Below, piece by piece: positions 1-15,100 of a stretch of DNA of 64,000 nt. The notes under the pieces were generated by a model. It made no database searches and was not told the DNA's origin. It saw only the letters and a program-made list of their open reading frames with translations. The stretch covers positions 604,696-668,695 of the forward strand of contig NMRA01000003.1 in NCBI GenBank assembly GCA_002633005.1, written 5' to 3'. The DNA comes from Phoronis australis. Taxonomy: Eukaryota > Animalia > Phoronida. The stretch's first letter is position 1, and each line of letters begins with the position of its first letter. Position numbers and translations under genes: made by a program.

Positions 1-1
1 C

Positions 2-145
2 CACATATGAGATGAGATACTCAGGGTCAGACTTGAGTGAGTTTCTCAAAGTGATAACACCGGTACGTTGATCAATCTTCATAAAGCTGAAGGCCTTGCC
101 ATCAGCTGTCTTGCTAGCCAACGAGTATGTCAGATAGTCAGGTGC
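2..145 (-). CDS. cadherin exon 89 (short type)
   Basis: APDYLTY...LISYV; acceptor at 146; donor falls at the window edge. Confidence 0.75.
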
Positions 146-3100
146 CTGAAACATTACAGCAATTTGATATTCATGCCTCAAAATTCAGCATCTCTTAGGC
201 TGCAGTGAGTAGTTAAACGTCTATAGGCTGTCATAAAAAATTCTCCATCAATGTTTTCCAAGTAAGTACACACCTGGGGATAATGACATTTCTCTTCAGT
301 CCCTTACCCTTGGTTAGTCGCATTTTAGTCATATTTTAGTCACACGTGAAGATTCCTTTTACTCATGACTAATATGTTGCTAAAGTTTGTCCATGATATA
401 TTTCAATGCGCTTAGTCACACTTTAATCAGTTCATTTGCACAACTGGGATATGACTATAAAGCTTTAGACATGACAAGAATTTCAGGCTATCTAGTCACT
501 GACTAAATATAATAGTCATGACTAGAGTTTACATGATACCCCTCTTCCTATAAGAAGCGAATAAAAGTAACCCCAAGTATTCTACAACAGTCTTGATATC
601 CTCCAAGACAATTCTTGACAGATTCCTATAAGATCGTGCATAGCATTAACCCCAGCTCACCTTACAGTCAGAGTCGGTGGCTCCTACTTCGAACAATTTA
701 CTATCCTTAGGCAGACTCTCATGGACTCGTTTGCTGAATGGACCGGGTAAAACTGGGCTCTGATCACTGGCTACACGCACTGTGAATGGGTAGCAGGTGG
801 TCTTCTTGTACTGGTCTGTTGCACACACATTACACTGTCAACAGGAAAGTGACACGGTTAGCTGCTTAAAACAGAACGGGGTCAGTCTTCTTAATAAAGA
901 AGATGAAAAACTTTATTTTTAAATGCTATGCTTAAGCAACTAATTAACCTAAAAAGATTATTTTACAGAAAAATGCAATCAATAAGCAAGATATCAAAAT
1001 AGGGACTGCACGGACAGGTTTCTGTGTTTCATTTGTGGATAAAGATTAGAGACAGCTAACCTTTAACTTTTACATCCAAACCTGTAAGCAGTTTATGATG
1101 TCATCATTGTGGTAGCTTTCAACAGAAACTACGACTAACTGAACTGAAGCAAGTACACCTCCCCAACTAGGCACAACACATTTTACAGCAAAGCAAAGTA
1201 TAAGATGGTTCTTGTCTACTTACAGTATACACTGAACCGCCAGTACCAGCCGCTGACTTCTTCAGAGATATTTCACCACTGTTAGGATCCACGTAGAAGC
1301 GGGAGTTGTCGGCAGGGTTAGTACAGCCACCCAGACTGTACGTAATTGGATCCTGTGATAGACAACCAATGCGTCAAGGAAATGCACAAGATTGTGTGTA
1401 GCTTTACCATTTCACTAAACTGTTTTAAAGTGGCATAAGGATTTAAAAATATCCCATTAAATCAAATAACAATTTGATTCTTGTTTGAAGCCATAAAATC
1501 TGAAGAATATGAAGATTGAGTAGGAAGCACAACCATGCAAACACAAAGTTCATTTTCTACACAATAGTAAAAATTACAGTTGTACAAAAAAGGCCTCCAG
1601 CCACATACACAATAGTAAAAATTACAGTTGTACAAAAAAGGCCTCCAGCCACATACACAATAGTAAAAATTACAGTTGTACAAAAAGGCCTCCAGCCACA
1701 TACACAATACTACAATACAAAAACTTACGTACCTACATCATCTCTTCTGCTACCAGCTGCTAACAAATACTTAACAGTTAAATTTAAATTATCACACTTC
1801 AGCATGCATTTCAAAGGTAACTTCACAATTGATGCTTACAATCTTGAAAGTTGTTTTTAAATCAATAGGTGGACATTCACTTAAGAAATGACATGCGTGT
1901 TCTATAATGTGTAGGTCACAAACAGTCATCTTTTTTGGAATCCCAAGGCCACAGTTTGTTCTTACCCCGTCTGGATCGCTGGCTGTGGTGTTCAGGAAAG
2001 GCACATAAGGCACCTGGTCCTCCGTAATGGTCACATCATACGGCCCGGTGAAAAAGGTTGGTTTATTCAGGTTACGGTTCACAGTTACGGTGACTGGAAC
2101 ACTCACTCTTAATGAGGGCTTAGCCTTGTCAAAGGCAAAGACTGTCAGCTGTAAAGTTAAGGGAAAAGATAATCAATGTTTTACTAAAGAAATGACAGTG
2201 GTGAGATAGACTCTTGTACAGATACTATTCATTTAGAGGTAACATTGTTGGAGCTACTATTGTCTGTAATATGGATACTCACTGAGATGAGGCACGGCTG
2301 TGAATACATAACATGTGTAGGTGATTCACTTGGAAACAGTAACCTAGCTATCTACAGATATCAAATTGAGTTCCGAGTGTAACTGTTAGTGCACTCATAG
2401 GTGTGACATCTGATGTCCGCCGAGTCAAGGTAAGCAGAGAGGTTACACTCAATCAAAAACACAGTTTTGTAATCCCATGATTGCGATATCCCTCTGAAGT
2501 CAAGTCACGTAGCTATCCTAAGTATTCTGTTCAGACAATTTCCAGGCAGAGAATAGATGCAAAAGTACACAAAGCAATCAACCCCAGGAAAACACAAATT
2601 TGTTTCCAGGTAATTGAAACAATTAGTAGACTCACAGAATACTGTGGTGCTCGTCCAGGGTCAGAACTGACAGGCTCCTTGATTGTGATCCGACCGGTGT
2701 CAGGGTTAATGGTGAAGAATCGGGACCCATAATCCGACAGACTGAGTTCATAGCCAACGACCTGTTAAACAAGTTAATGAAAATGTGCAGATACAGCTGT
2801 TCTGGAACAATGTACATTAAACTGATATTTATGGCAAACAGCAATAGGACACCAACAGTCACACACTATCCTGACCACCACTACTTTCACTCTGAAACAA
2901 TAACGGGAAAATCTCATCCATTTTGGACACAAGCTGGCAGACAATAAACACAAGTGGCAACAAATATGCTCTTTTTAGTTCAATAACAAAGCTACCATTG
3001 GATGATGTTTTAAGAAATTTTGAGCATTCACACCAATACTTTATCTAGTAGCCTTTGAAAATACATTTTGACCGATACTGACGAGTTTTAGGCCTAATGT

Positions 3101-6100
3101 ACCATCACTGTGTCCTTTCCATAATTCCATGAATATTAACTGGGTTTCCTAATGCAGTATAGTTCCATCTACTGTACATACCGCTCCACTTTTTGTTGCC
3201 GACACATCGACTACACTCTTTCCCTGCTCCAGGGTTTCATCAATGTTAGCGGTGTAGGCAGCTTGGCCGAAAGATGGTAGACCAAGGTTACGGCGGATGT
3301 CAACGGTGAGAGAAGCAGTAGCCGTTTTAGGGATAGGTTGGAACAGGTCTGATACTAATATAGCACACTGGAAAAGATGATGAAAGTTCTGAAGCAAAGT
3401 GATTTTATGCTTACAAGATGTGTGGTAACTGTACTCTGTGGAATCAGTTTTGCACAAACTACAATACTCAAGACACTCATTTAGTATCTAACTGTTCTGA
3501 TGTCGTGTTACCTTACACTACATGCAACAGAAACAACAACTTTCAACAACAATGTCGTACAGAAAAGAGCAAAAACTTTCAACGACTCTACCATACAGAA
3601 AAGAGCAAATGAGAGAATTAATTGCTAGTTCACATAATACACAACAGGCTGAATGCTTACCAAAAGTGAAACACAAAGGAATGTTTCTATATTAAATATA
3701 GTACAGTTTCAGAATAATCAAGACATTCTCACAAATACAATTGGAAATGGTTTCTTTCAATCAGATGGATTCCTATAAATAAATACTGACACCAGAGATG
3801 TGTAAGTGACATACGTTAAGTCTTGTAACTGAGGTGGCAGACATCACTGACTTCCTCAGTCGTACAATCCCAGTTAATGGTTCGCTGTACAGGTACTCTC
3901 GACATAGGGTATCACCAGTTAGAGAGTAATGAAGCTGGTCCTGGAGTAAAGAAGAAGATGAACAGTATAGCATGGGCATGTTCAGTATATACGCTCTGTA
4001 CACTATGAACAGTATAGCATGGGCATGGTCAGTATATACGCTCTGTACACTATGAACGAGCATGTCCAATATACACACTCTGTATACCATGAACAGTACA
4101 CCAAGAACATGTTCAGTATATACACTCTGTATACCATGAACAGTTAGTATGAGCATGTCCAATATATACACTCTGTATGCTATCAATTCATACTAACATT
4201 TATGTCAATTTACTGATTAGTAATTATTATTACTGATTCCAACTACAAAATCAGCAGCAATGAAAACTATATGAAGACATAATGGTGAAAAGTACTCAGT
4301 ATAATGAACACTAATAAACTGCCAGTGAAAGCTAGCGAGATCACATGCCTTACTTGCTATAGTAACGCAAGGCGATATTCAGTGAAGTCTTGTGTCATCT
4401 TGCGAGATACTTACTCAGTGCAACCCTGTTTTATAATGAAAGAACTAAAAACAATGCTCAGTCACAAATTACACTTTACTCTATACAGCAAGCTTTTAAA
4501 ATTTGATCTCAAGGAAATTGCATTGCACCTTGATGTCAACGAAACCATGAGATTCAACAAGGTACGTACACCATCAGTATCAGTAGCATTGATATCAAAA
4601 ACGGTAGCTGTTAACGAGTGATTCTCATCGATAGTCTTGAAGAATGGTGAGCCAGTTATGATGGGACGGTGCTCATTACGTGAGACAGTGATGGTGGCCG
4701 TGGCTGTTGCCCTATTGGCTGGATCAGCGTCATCGTAAGCTTCAATCACCAACTGAAATTAAAAATAGCACATATAAACACACATGCAACAAAATGCATA
4801 AAAAGTCAAACATCATTTCAATATTGAGCTGCACTCAAAATGTTCGCATCGTAAATGCTTGCTTTCAGTAACTTTAAAGGAAAATTAGGCCACTTTCATA
4901 TTTTTAACGTTGCTGCCCCCAAAATGTTCACATCATCATTAAATACCTGCTTTCGGTAACTTTAAAGAACCAGCAAGGCCTCTTTTCCATAGCACCTCAT
5001 AACGTAAAATTGCCGTGAGGAATTGACAGGGACCTCAGGGGTCTCCCACTCCACTGATCTATCCACATTATTTTGAAAACGCTTTGCCCAGTCACACATT
5101 GTGTGTCATAAAAGAGATAAGCATACCAGCAGTTGACGCAGCAAGTAGAACTACTCTCGTTTATCACATTGGTGTAGACTCACAGTTGAACTGTGATTTT
5201 CTGTAGACCCCAGACCGTCCCGAGTTGCACCATATACCAAATCCGGACAGCCTTTCATGACAATTAAGCGTTATGTTATGCATAATAACATTGTGTAACC
5301 TTAGTCACTGTGGTGTAATGCCTTACAGAGTACTTGGTGGTCTGCCTATCCACAAGTAAGGATGTCTTCACTTCGATGTCACCAGTCGTTCTAACAACCT
5401 TGAATAAACTGGGCGTTGTGTCCTTTCCAATCACGTTGTACACTATTGTACCCTGCAAAGGAACAGGTCAAAATAATTAATGAGAAATCTGTACCCAAAG
5501 CACATTTAGAAAATCTTCCATGATATAACTGGATATACAAAAAATGACCAGTCATACATTGCTTTTATATTTACCTCAAATTTTTGTAAAGAAATAATAC
5601 TAGAATACTCAACAACATATTAATTAGCAAAGAACATCATACCTTTTTATCACCATCATCAGCAGTCACTCTACCAAGGCTGTGACCAACATTTTCATTC
5701 TCAGACACACCAAAATTGTAGTTGTTAATGTTGATAAACTGTGGCAGTTGTCTGTTCCTAGTCACTTGGATTATTGCATCCACAATGGCGGTCCTCACAT
5801 TGGGGTCGTTGACATTACTGCGATCACGTACTTCAATTTTCAACTGAAGAGATAATACAAGACAGGGTGAAGTGTAAGTTTGAACAAACTGACGCAATAC
5901 AAAAACATTATATCTAGAACAAACAATTTTATTTTGACAACCCATACAATTTTCCATGACAATATTCAAAGTTACTTTTTTATTAAAGCACACCATTGCG
6001 ACAAATAAGAGACACACAGGAACAATTAACATTAGGTAACAAAATGCACAGTAATGATCTGGGATAAAGTAATCAATGACCATTTGGCATTATTACAGCA

Positions 6101-9100
6101 CAAGACAAAGTGCTGGAAACTGACTAACTCACCGTGTATGAGTTGACAGTGCCATCTTTGAGATCTTTAATCAATTTGATTTGGCCATTAGAGTCAACCA
6201 TAAAAAACGCTCTGGCATTATTGGTGTCTGATATGATTCTGTAGTAGAGTTGGTCCTGAAAATGCAACACAGTTCCATGGAATATGAACACAATGCACAA
6301 CAACAAGAACAAGAATAACAACAAAAAATAAATTGCGGACTCATCAACTGGGTCATAATTACTGTAAGAACATCCGTTATTCAAGTAATACACTAAGCCA
6401 ATATTATTGGCTGTAGAAAATGGAACGATCCTAACAGAAGTACCAGTAAGAGTCCATAAACATGATCCTAATGGTAGTACCTGTAAGAGTCCATAAATGC
6501 GATCCTAAAGGTAATACCACTAAAAGTCCATAAATACACCTTGCAAAGTACATGTCAGCTAGAGCAATCTCTTACTCTGATTCAAAGTATTGTATGATTG
6601 GATAACAAGGTTAGACTATATTTAGCATTCAATTTCACTGGGTGACTAAACCATTGACGGAAGAAAACACCATTTACAGGGCTCAACGTAAGCGAGTAAT
6701 AGCTCAAAGATATGTCTAGTAGAAAGAGTAAAATCTAAGTAGACCACACTTTGAATGGCACAGAGCAAAAGTTTTAGCTTTTCTTTTTTTTCTGGTTGTC
6801 ACTTTGTACGAGGCCAAATCTGGGAATACGAGAAGCAAATATGCCATCACTCATATTTTCAAGCGCCGACTTAATAGAAAGCGATGGTGAGGCAGTGTTC
6901 TCGTGTTTAACATGCCATCAGAACAGGCTATAAGACAAGTAGAAAGTATTCATCACATTGTTAGATGGAGTCTAGGTTTTGCCTAACCTGATCAGCATCA
7001 GCAACAGTGATGTTGAAGACTGAGTTGCCAGGAGGGTAGTTCTCATCAATGGTACGTATGTAGGTCTTCCCTATAAGGTCTGTAGGTTTGTTGGGATTCA
7101 GATTCACGATCACCGTCAGTGTCTTCACGTCTTTGTTGTTAGGGAATTCAGTGTCGTAGCATTGAACAGTGACCTGGAAATCAACGGTGAAGACTGTTCA
7201 CTAAAACATTTCCCTGGACGAGAAAAAACGTTTTCTTTTGTAACAGCCTTAAAAGCATACATCGAATGAACGAACTACAGGTGAAGGCAACCTCATAATG
7301 TAACCATGCACTCTAAAGCATATAGAAAATTCGAGATAAAAAGTTGCGTCCTTAGAAATATAATTACAGTGACTCAAATAGGATGCTTTTCACACAATGA
7401 GTGTCAAAACAGCACCTCCAGTGTTAACATATTGCAATGAAAGGCAAGCCACAACCAGTAGTCTTAAACACATGTTACAGTACAGACGTTATGTGCAGTC
7501 AGGAGCAGACATTTTGCTTTGTTTATGCATGCACTTGGAATTTTCTGAACTATTGACTGATGCCTACATGCTCACCTCATATCTGGAAACTGAGCTCTTG
7601 GACAGGTCACCAATGACTCTAATGTCACCGGTAGTACGATTGATGGCAAAGTAGCCAACGGCAGGGTATGTCGGTACCATTTCACACACAATGTCACCCT
7701 GCAAAAGAGAAAGGATAGTTACACAACTTGCATAAATCTACCATTGATTAGTAGTTTCTGAATATGAATAACATCTATTGAAAGATTTGTCATTTCCTAT
7801 AACAACTACCATCTGCACAATTTGAAAATATTAACACATGAATGAAACAATGTGAATCAAGATGGCGGATCGCTATCGAAAAGCTCTCAGTGATTCCTTC
7901 ATTTCTTTGCAGTGAGTACGATTCATACATTTTTAAGAATGCGAATCAACTTTCATAGAAAAATCTGGTCTCCGCAAGGAACATAATGTTTGAAAAAGAT
8001 TAGAGTAAAACTCACCAGTTTGTCGCCATCACTAGTTCTTACAGTGAAGATATTTGTATTCTTGGCAGTTCCAACGTCTACAGTCTTAGTGTCGGGCAGG
8101 TTGGTGATGACAGTCTTACTCGTGTCTCTATCAACGGTGATGATGACCCGGGCCTGACGCACACATGGCGTTGGACTATAGTTGTCTGTTGCTTTCACTA
8201 TCACCTGTGCACAATTAGAAATTACACCAATATTGGTTGTCCAAGATTTATTTCAACCTTAGTTTTATTTTCTGCCACCTGGCATATTTGAATAGATCCT
8301 AACATAAAGAATTTCAGACTTCAAAACAAGAAACACTGTTGTCTTTACTTCTTCAGGGAGACAAATGTATGTGCAGCATGGTGACAGGAAAAACGGAATA
8401 GTCTGAAGAGCACGTAATGAACAGCATGTTCAGGTAAAGGCGAAACACTCCCAGACTCATCTTTACTCCTACTATAAACTGTACAACATTCACTACAATT
8501 GCACCCTCTGCAAACTCTAAGTGTTAAGGACAGCCTAGGTCTCAGATAGTTACCGTATAGCGTTCAGTTGTAGGGTCCTCAGCCAATGGTTTGGTCAAGT
8601 AAAGCTGACCAGAGGTTGGATGTATGTCAAAGTACGAGGAGGGTGGATCCACACTATACTGCACAGTTTGCTGGAAATAAACATCAGATGCAACAGATTA
8701 TCTTTTAAGACCAATCCTAAGAGTGGGACATTATTTAGTATGTATAACAGGAAATTCAAATTGAAACCTTCAAACAGCTTTGTAACTGACCAAACACTTG
8801 TCACAGTAGATGCAATATAGATAAAACATAATATTGCATGGAAATTGATGATGCATGGACATTGAGGAGTTCATCTAAATTAAGCCCAAACTGAACCACA
8901 AATCACTTTTTATAATTTCCTAATTCTTTCACCTTATTGGCACACAAGTGAAAAATCAACAAAAACAAAAGTTATGAAAATTTAAGTCTATTCTTAGCCG
9001 TGACATCGTCAAACAACATTTGGCAAAATTTCCATAATTTGCGACAAAGCAATTCGCCTTTGAAAAATGCAGGGCGGGCCATTATTTGCAAGTGTTCAAA

Positions 9101-12100
9101 ACAAGTGTGGAATTACCATAGGTACAACAAACACAAGCTTACCTGATCTTTATCCGTAGCAGTGATTGTGGTGATGACTGTAGAAACCGGTGTAGACTCT
9201 CTGATAAGAGATGGACTGTACACAGGCCCTGTACTTGTCTGCTGACTGTTCTGGAACTCTGGGCAGTACTTGTTACGGTTCACGTTGATGGTGACAGTGG
9301 CTGTGGCACGCAGGTCAGGTGTCGCTGTGTCATAGGACACAATTTTCAACTGTGGAAAAAAGTCATGAAACTTGACTAATGAGAGAAATGACTAAACATT
9401 ATTTTTATCCTCTTCTACTTGGATTGTCACAATAGCTGTAATGGATGGTAAAATCCTAAATTTTCAGGAACACTCACACGATTTACCTTGTTCACATGTG
9501 TGAATTACAGAAACACACGTTACAAGACATACATGCATGAAACACTGGAGTCTCAAAGAATCACATCTAGCCTTCACAAAAACAGGAGTTTAAGACAAAC
9601 TGAACTATAACAGGTAAGCTTATAGCACCTGACAGGAAATGACACATTACACGTTAAAATTCACCATGCACAGCAAGCCAACAGTACACGTTAACATACC
9701 ACATATTGTGTGGACGAGTCACTAGACAGGTTGGATCGCACAGTGATATCACCCGATGTTCTGTCCACTTTGAAGTAACCAGGACCAGCACCATCACCTA
9801 TGACCTCGTAGACGACCTTGCCCTGAAAGGTAAACAGAATTGAATGGGAGGAAGTGTTAATTAGTCCAACAACGCAGCGGTTACAAAAAGGTGCTAAGAA
9901 TAGCAAAAGAAATCAATGAATTAACTATATATGACTTTAAGCGACAATAAAACCACACCTGCCAAAACCAGCTTTTTATTTAATAGGCCACTAAATCATA
10001 TAAAATCGTTTTCATCTTGTCCCTTTCTCAGATTAGAACTGATTTATTGTCACTGTAAGAAACTCCGCCCGGGGTAAAATTTATTAATAGAATTATAAAA
10101 CCGCAGTAGGCAAAAAGCCTGCTTATCAGGACAACTGACCTGAGGTCCTTTTGTGAGGAGCAAATCAATTACTACACTGGCGATGATGTCATAACAAAAC
10201 ACTAAGTAAACGAAGTATATTTCAATATTGTGGGCTAAAACTAGTGTGTTTTTAGTTATTTGGCTTCTAAAATTGAATTCCTTGTAAAAAGTAAGGCTAT
10301 GATTATTTGTACAACAGAAATGCAACAAAAATTAGCTAATTAAAAGTAGATGCTTTAGTTTTTGCTTCTCTGACACCCGTTGATGAATTCAAAGTAGTTC
10401 CATTTGGTTTCAATAACTCTTTGAACCATCACCGATAACTGGCCTGTGAATTGTGATGCTGGACAAAAGACTGCAGGAACAACTATGGACTAGATTGATA
10501 TCTGGATTTAACCTCAATTAAGAAACTAGCGTCAACTGGTGGTGAAATCAAATGGGAAATGTTTGTAATAACTAAGAATTAACAAGTCAGTATAGCTTCA
10601 GACCAGGACCACAAACTTTGCTTATCATGGCAGGGTAGTTTTGATCACCAAGCAGTATGGCGTCAGGGAATGCCAGCTAGGTGAATAAGATGCGACAAGG
10701 ATCAGATACTGAAGATGTCACGTAATGAAAAAAGTTGATGGTTTTGATGTCAGAATATGGTACATAGCGACTTTAACGATAACCTGATTCAAGTTAATGT
10801 GAGTATCTTTTCGTCATACGCCAATCAAACAAATAGTATTTTTCTGTAATCTGCCAAGACCAGGACACCTCGTCTGGAGTACTGAAGAATTAGCACCAGT
10901 CAGTACTGTTGCAACCATGGAAACCTGTCAAATCATGGCCAGGGGTACTTACAGTGACAGGGTTGTCTGTAGCTCTGACTGATTCCACCTTTGAACCAAC
11001 AGGCCTCTCATAGTCGATGGTTACTGTCTTGTCAATGTTGTCGAATTTGGGCACAGAGCGGTCTCTATCAATCTTGATGATCACTGTCGTGTAGTCAGTC
11101 TTCTCAGGATTGCGTTGATCAGTAGCTTTAATGACCAACTGTAAATAGAGAGGAAGTCACTGCTTTTATCGTTGCATATTTCTTTAGTTGCTGAGGCGCA
11201 AGACATATATCTACCTCAAGCATTACAATAACACGTAATCACTCAACTCAATGCAAAACGTAAAAACGATTGCATTAACTGACAAATTAATAAAATAATG
11301 AGAATAACTGCAGAAATAGTAAGCTAGCACAGATGTAGTGATGGCATCAAAACAGCAAATTCATTTGGACTTCAGGTCATGTGACCAAAAAGATGGCGTG
11401 TTGACGGGATAAACTGTTTGAAACAAACTTCCACGTCTCACACAAAAAGATATACACACAATGGAGATCATGGGTAAAATGCCCACTACTACCAAGTCTG
11501 ATTGGATTTCTGTGTTTGACCAGTGGTCCCAATGGTTCAGTAGACTAGAGTCTCTGCACGGTTAGCAGAAGGTCCTGGGTTCAAGTCCTGGTCAGGGGCA
11601 GAAATCTTTTCGGACTTGTATTCATTAGGTCACGTGATGTAGTGTGTTGACGGGATAAACTGTTTGCAGGAAATTTATCACACCAACAAACTTAATTAAG
11701 ACTAAAAGCTAATGACACGTTTCCTAAGATGGACGTCTGCACAACATTAAGTCAGTAGTAACAACCATTGTATATACTAAACAGAAATCAAACCTTGATT
11801 TCTGTAACATTGAGTGGAACTTCCGTCAGTGGCCTGATGGGAGAAATGACACCAGTATCCGGGTCGACAGTGAAGAACCGGTCTCCGTTATTTGTTGAGG
11901 AATTGATGCTGTAACGAATCTGATCCTGCAAACAAGAAACAGGTCACTGTGAACAATAGAATGACACAGACTGCCAACAGGTTATGACTAAGCAAAGTGG
12001 AGTTAACTTACGAGCTGAACATTGAACCAAGACCAAAGTTGACTAAGCATATTGACTGACACTCCCACAATTAAACAATGACACGTCCACAGATAAGAAC

Positions 12101-15100
12101 GGCCCTCAAGAGCACCATATATCTGTCACGGGTTTGTAATTCACAAGAAAATAATAAGACTAGTGACTGCAGTTTAATCATATATTGTACATATATACAA
12201 ACGATTCAGTACACAAACTCCGATAAAAGACTGACTCAAACCATGGGGTCTCCAGAGAACCAGCATGTGCATTGGCCTACCAATGACTAGCCAAAAAATA
12301 GCTTACAGTATATGTCACAGTGGACATCAGAATGTGAACAGTGACTCGTGCTAATGAGCGACAGCCCATCCCGACACATATCTATAACAGCCATGCATGT
12401 CAATGTAGTCATAAATCACCAAGTCTTGCTCAATTTCTCTAATTGCCTCTAGCATTGACTGAATGTTTTGCAACATGCAATGGATTAGTAAATCTTGCAC
12501 AGTTGTTTCAAAGATGTAAACCTGGGCTGGCATACAATAACTCAAATCAGTTGCCAGCAAGTTCATTCATACTAGTACTGAGCCAAATGAGTTAAGCCTT
12601 ACATTATCACCATCAGTAGCTTTCACAGTGATGACGTCTGTGCCAGGTTGCTTGTTTTCTTTAACAGTCACTGTTCTGGTGTCCGTAGGGAATGTCGGTG
12701 CGTTCACATTACGTTCAACATTTATTGTGACTGTAGCCGTCGTCTTCTTGTTGGGACTAATGGAGTTATGTGCTTCTACCACCACCTGTAAATAACATTT
12801 AGCTTGTGATAAATTTAACATTATTTCAGTATTTACATAGTTTTCATTTTTCTATCCACTTTAAAGCTGTCGTTTTAACGTTGAGTTCATGCAAATTTCC
12901 ATAGGCTTCCATATGCAGGATTGCAGCTGGTACTTACCAGGTATTGACCTCCTCTATCCATCTTCAGGTCTTTCTTTACATAGACTTGCCCATTATTCTC
13001 AACACCAAAGTAGTTACTGCCAGGTACATAACCCACAACTTTATATACCAGTGTACCCTGGATAAAAGACAGAATGAGATATCAAGGTTGTGTATAGGAC
13101 CCTAGAAAAATATCCAAATTAGGCAAACTTAATAAGCACGCCAAATTTACTAAATATAAAAAAATCACTGATTAGGAGTGTCACATGATGGCATTTTTCC
13201 GTTCAGTTACTTTACCAGAGGTAGAGAGTTGTGAGCGTGTGATAACATCTAGCTTCTTTGTTAACTGTCAAGCACAGTCTTTTGTCTGGTATGACAACAG
13301 GCAGGCCAATTATCTACCAGGCTTATTACAGACCACTGTGAGTACAATCAAACCCAGAGCAAATTGGTACATTCAGAAAGACTAGATTGTCGTAACTTCA
13401 GTTGTAGTTGGGCGATTTTGGCGATTCAAAAACTAAACATGATCACCATTTGACGAGGATTATTTTCAGAAATACTACTGGTTTATGTTCAAATATGTTA
13501 TAACTTAACTTTTATCTTTAGCAGCACAGCCCAGTCAGGGTAGATATGATTTTACTGGAGATTAGAGCAATTACCAAACAAAACAGAGCTGGCCCTCCAA
13601 CCATAAATACCAGAATGGAGTTAATCAGTTGTGTAAGACATTGGCTACAGGGGTTATCTTCCCAACTTGTTGTTAGGCTGTAGAATCGAACAAGTTGTGA
13701 GCAACGGGAAAGATGAAATCATTTGCTTTCATTTCCTCTATAAAACAAAAGCACTTGACCAAAATCAATTTCCTTACTATAATTACCAACACGTCTACAA
13801 CATATAGAAAACACAACAGTCTTCATAGTGCCACTAGGTGGAAGTAAAAGGACAGCGCATGCCTTTTTTCTCCCGACTTCCACTGTAAAAATTACTTCGA
13901 TAAATTGGCCCAAACTCCCAATCCTTATTGCTAGGTGTAAGCATAATTCCTCATCATAGCAGGCTTCCGTCACGAGAATGATCGATACGCAATTTTCCCT
14001 GCAAACTTAGGAAGGTGGAAAGACTATATCTTCTACAATTGGGATTCTGCTGACAGGTCAGTGCCAGTTATTTTAACCATAAACAGAACGAGCGGCGAGG
14101 ACAAGGAGATGGTATTTCGTTAGAATAGTTTTGTGCGTACTGAGTTAACAAAGACATCAAGGCTTTTGATAGAGATGTGGAAAACCTACCTGAGTGTTAG
14201 GGTCTATAACATTAAGTTGTTCGACTTGTGCATTCACTGGCAAGTTTTCGGTGATGTTCTTGGTTACATGTGACGGGTTAAAGAATGGCTGCTCAGTGCG
14301 CGTCACAGTAATCTGTACAAGTTGTGTTGTACAACGGGCATCCTTCCTGTCATCGCAAGCCCTCACTCGGAACTACAAGTAAATGATCACAGTATTAGTT
14401 ATATCACCGACACTGTTTCACTGGCTTAACAATTTTCCAAGTAAATTATTTCATTCGACATAGCCAAATGCACAAGACGTTCTCGGACAACTATACCTTT
14501 CGGTACACAATACAAGCTACAAAGAAAGATTTCTTACGCTGCACCAACTAAACCAGTAATGCATAGTGGATCACTGTTGATTCTTGGCCATGGCATTTCA
14601 CAAGAAGTGCCACCAATTTTCTCAGTATGAACTCGGTACAATATTTTCATTATTTAATAGTAAACACTACCTTCAAATTATATTGATTTCAAATATCTAA
14701 AATTATACCATACATTAAATCTTTTAACTCGATTTGATAAGAGGTTAAATAATACAACTAATTAAACAACAATGTTTGCAGCAGGAGCTCCAATGTCTGA
14801 TGTGATGGCTAAGACTGATACCTGGAAGTTCTTGTCAGTAATTTGGTCCAACCTCTTCTTCACAGTTATGACACCTGTTACTAGGTCAACTTGAAAGAAT
14901 TCTGCAGCTCGTTTTCCAGCAGGTGTGTTTCCAGTCTCGATGTAGTATGTGACAATGTCCTGAAAACATGGTGGTGAGAACATCAACAATGAGACGAAAG
15001 TGACTTCTAATAGCCAAACTATTACAGGGTGGTCTTTTTCAGGATAAAATAACAAGTGACTATTATGAACTCAGTAATTTCCGAGTAAAAATCTGAGGAA

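Noticed and set aside
270-535. Cluster of TAGTCA/TGACTA motifs in the last intron
   Set aside because: Possibly the subterminal repeats of an eroded element, but no termini or target-site duplication could be defined.
11523-11600. Functional tRNA genes (also ~47.8 kb and ~53.8 kb)
   Set aside because: Only A/B-box similarity; no clean cloverleaf, and they continue into shared non-tRNA bodies typical of SINEs.
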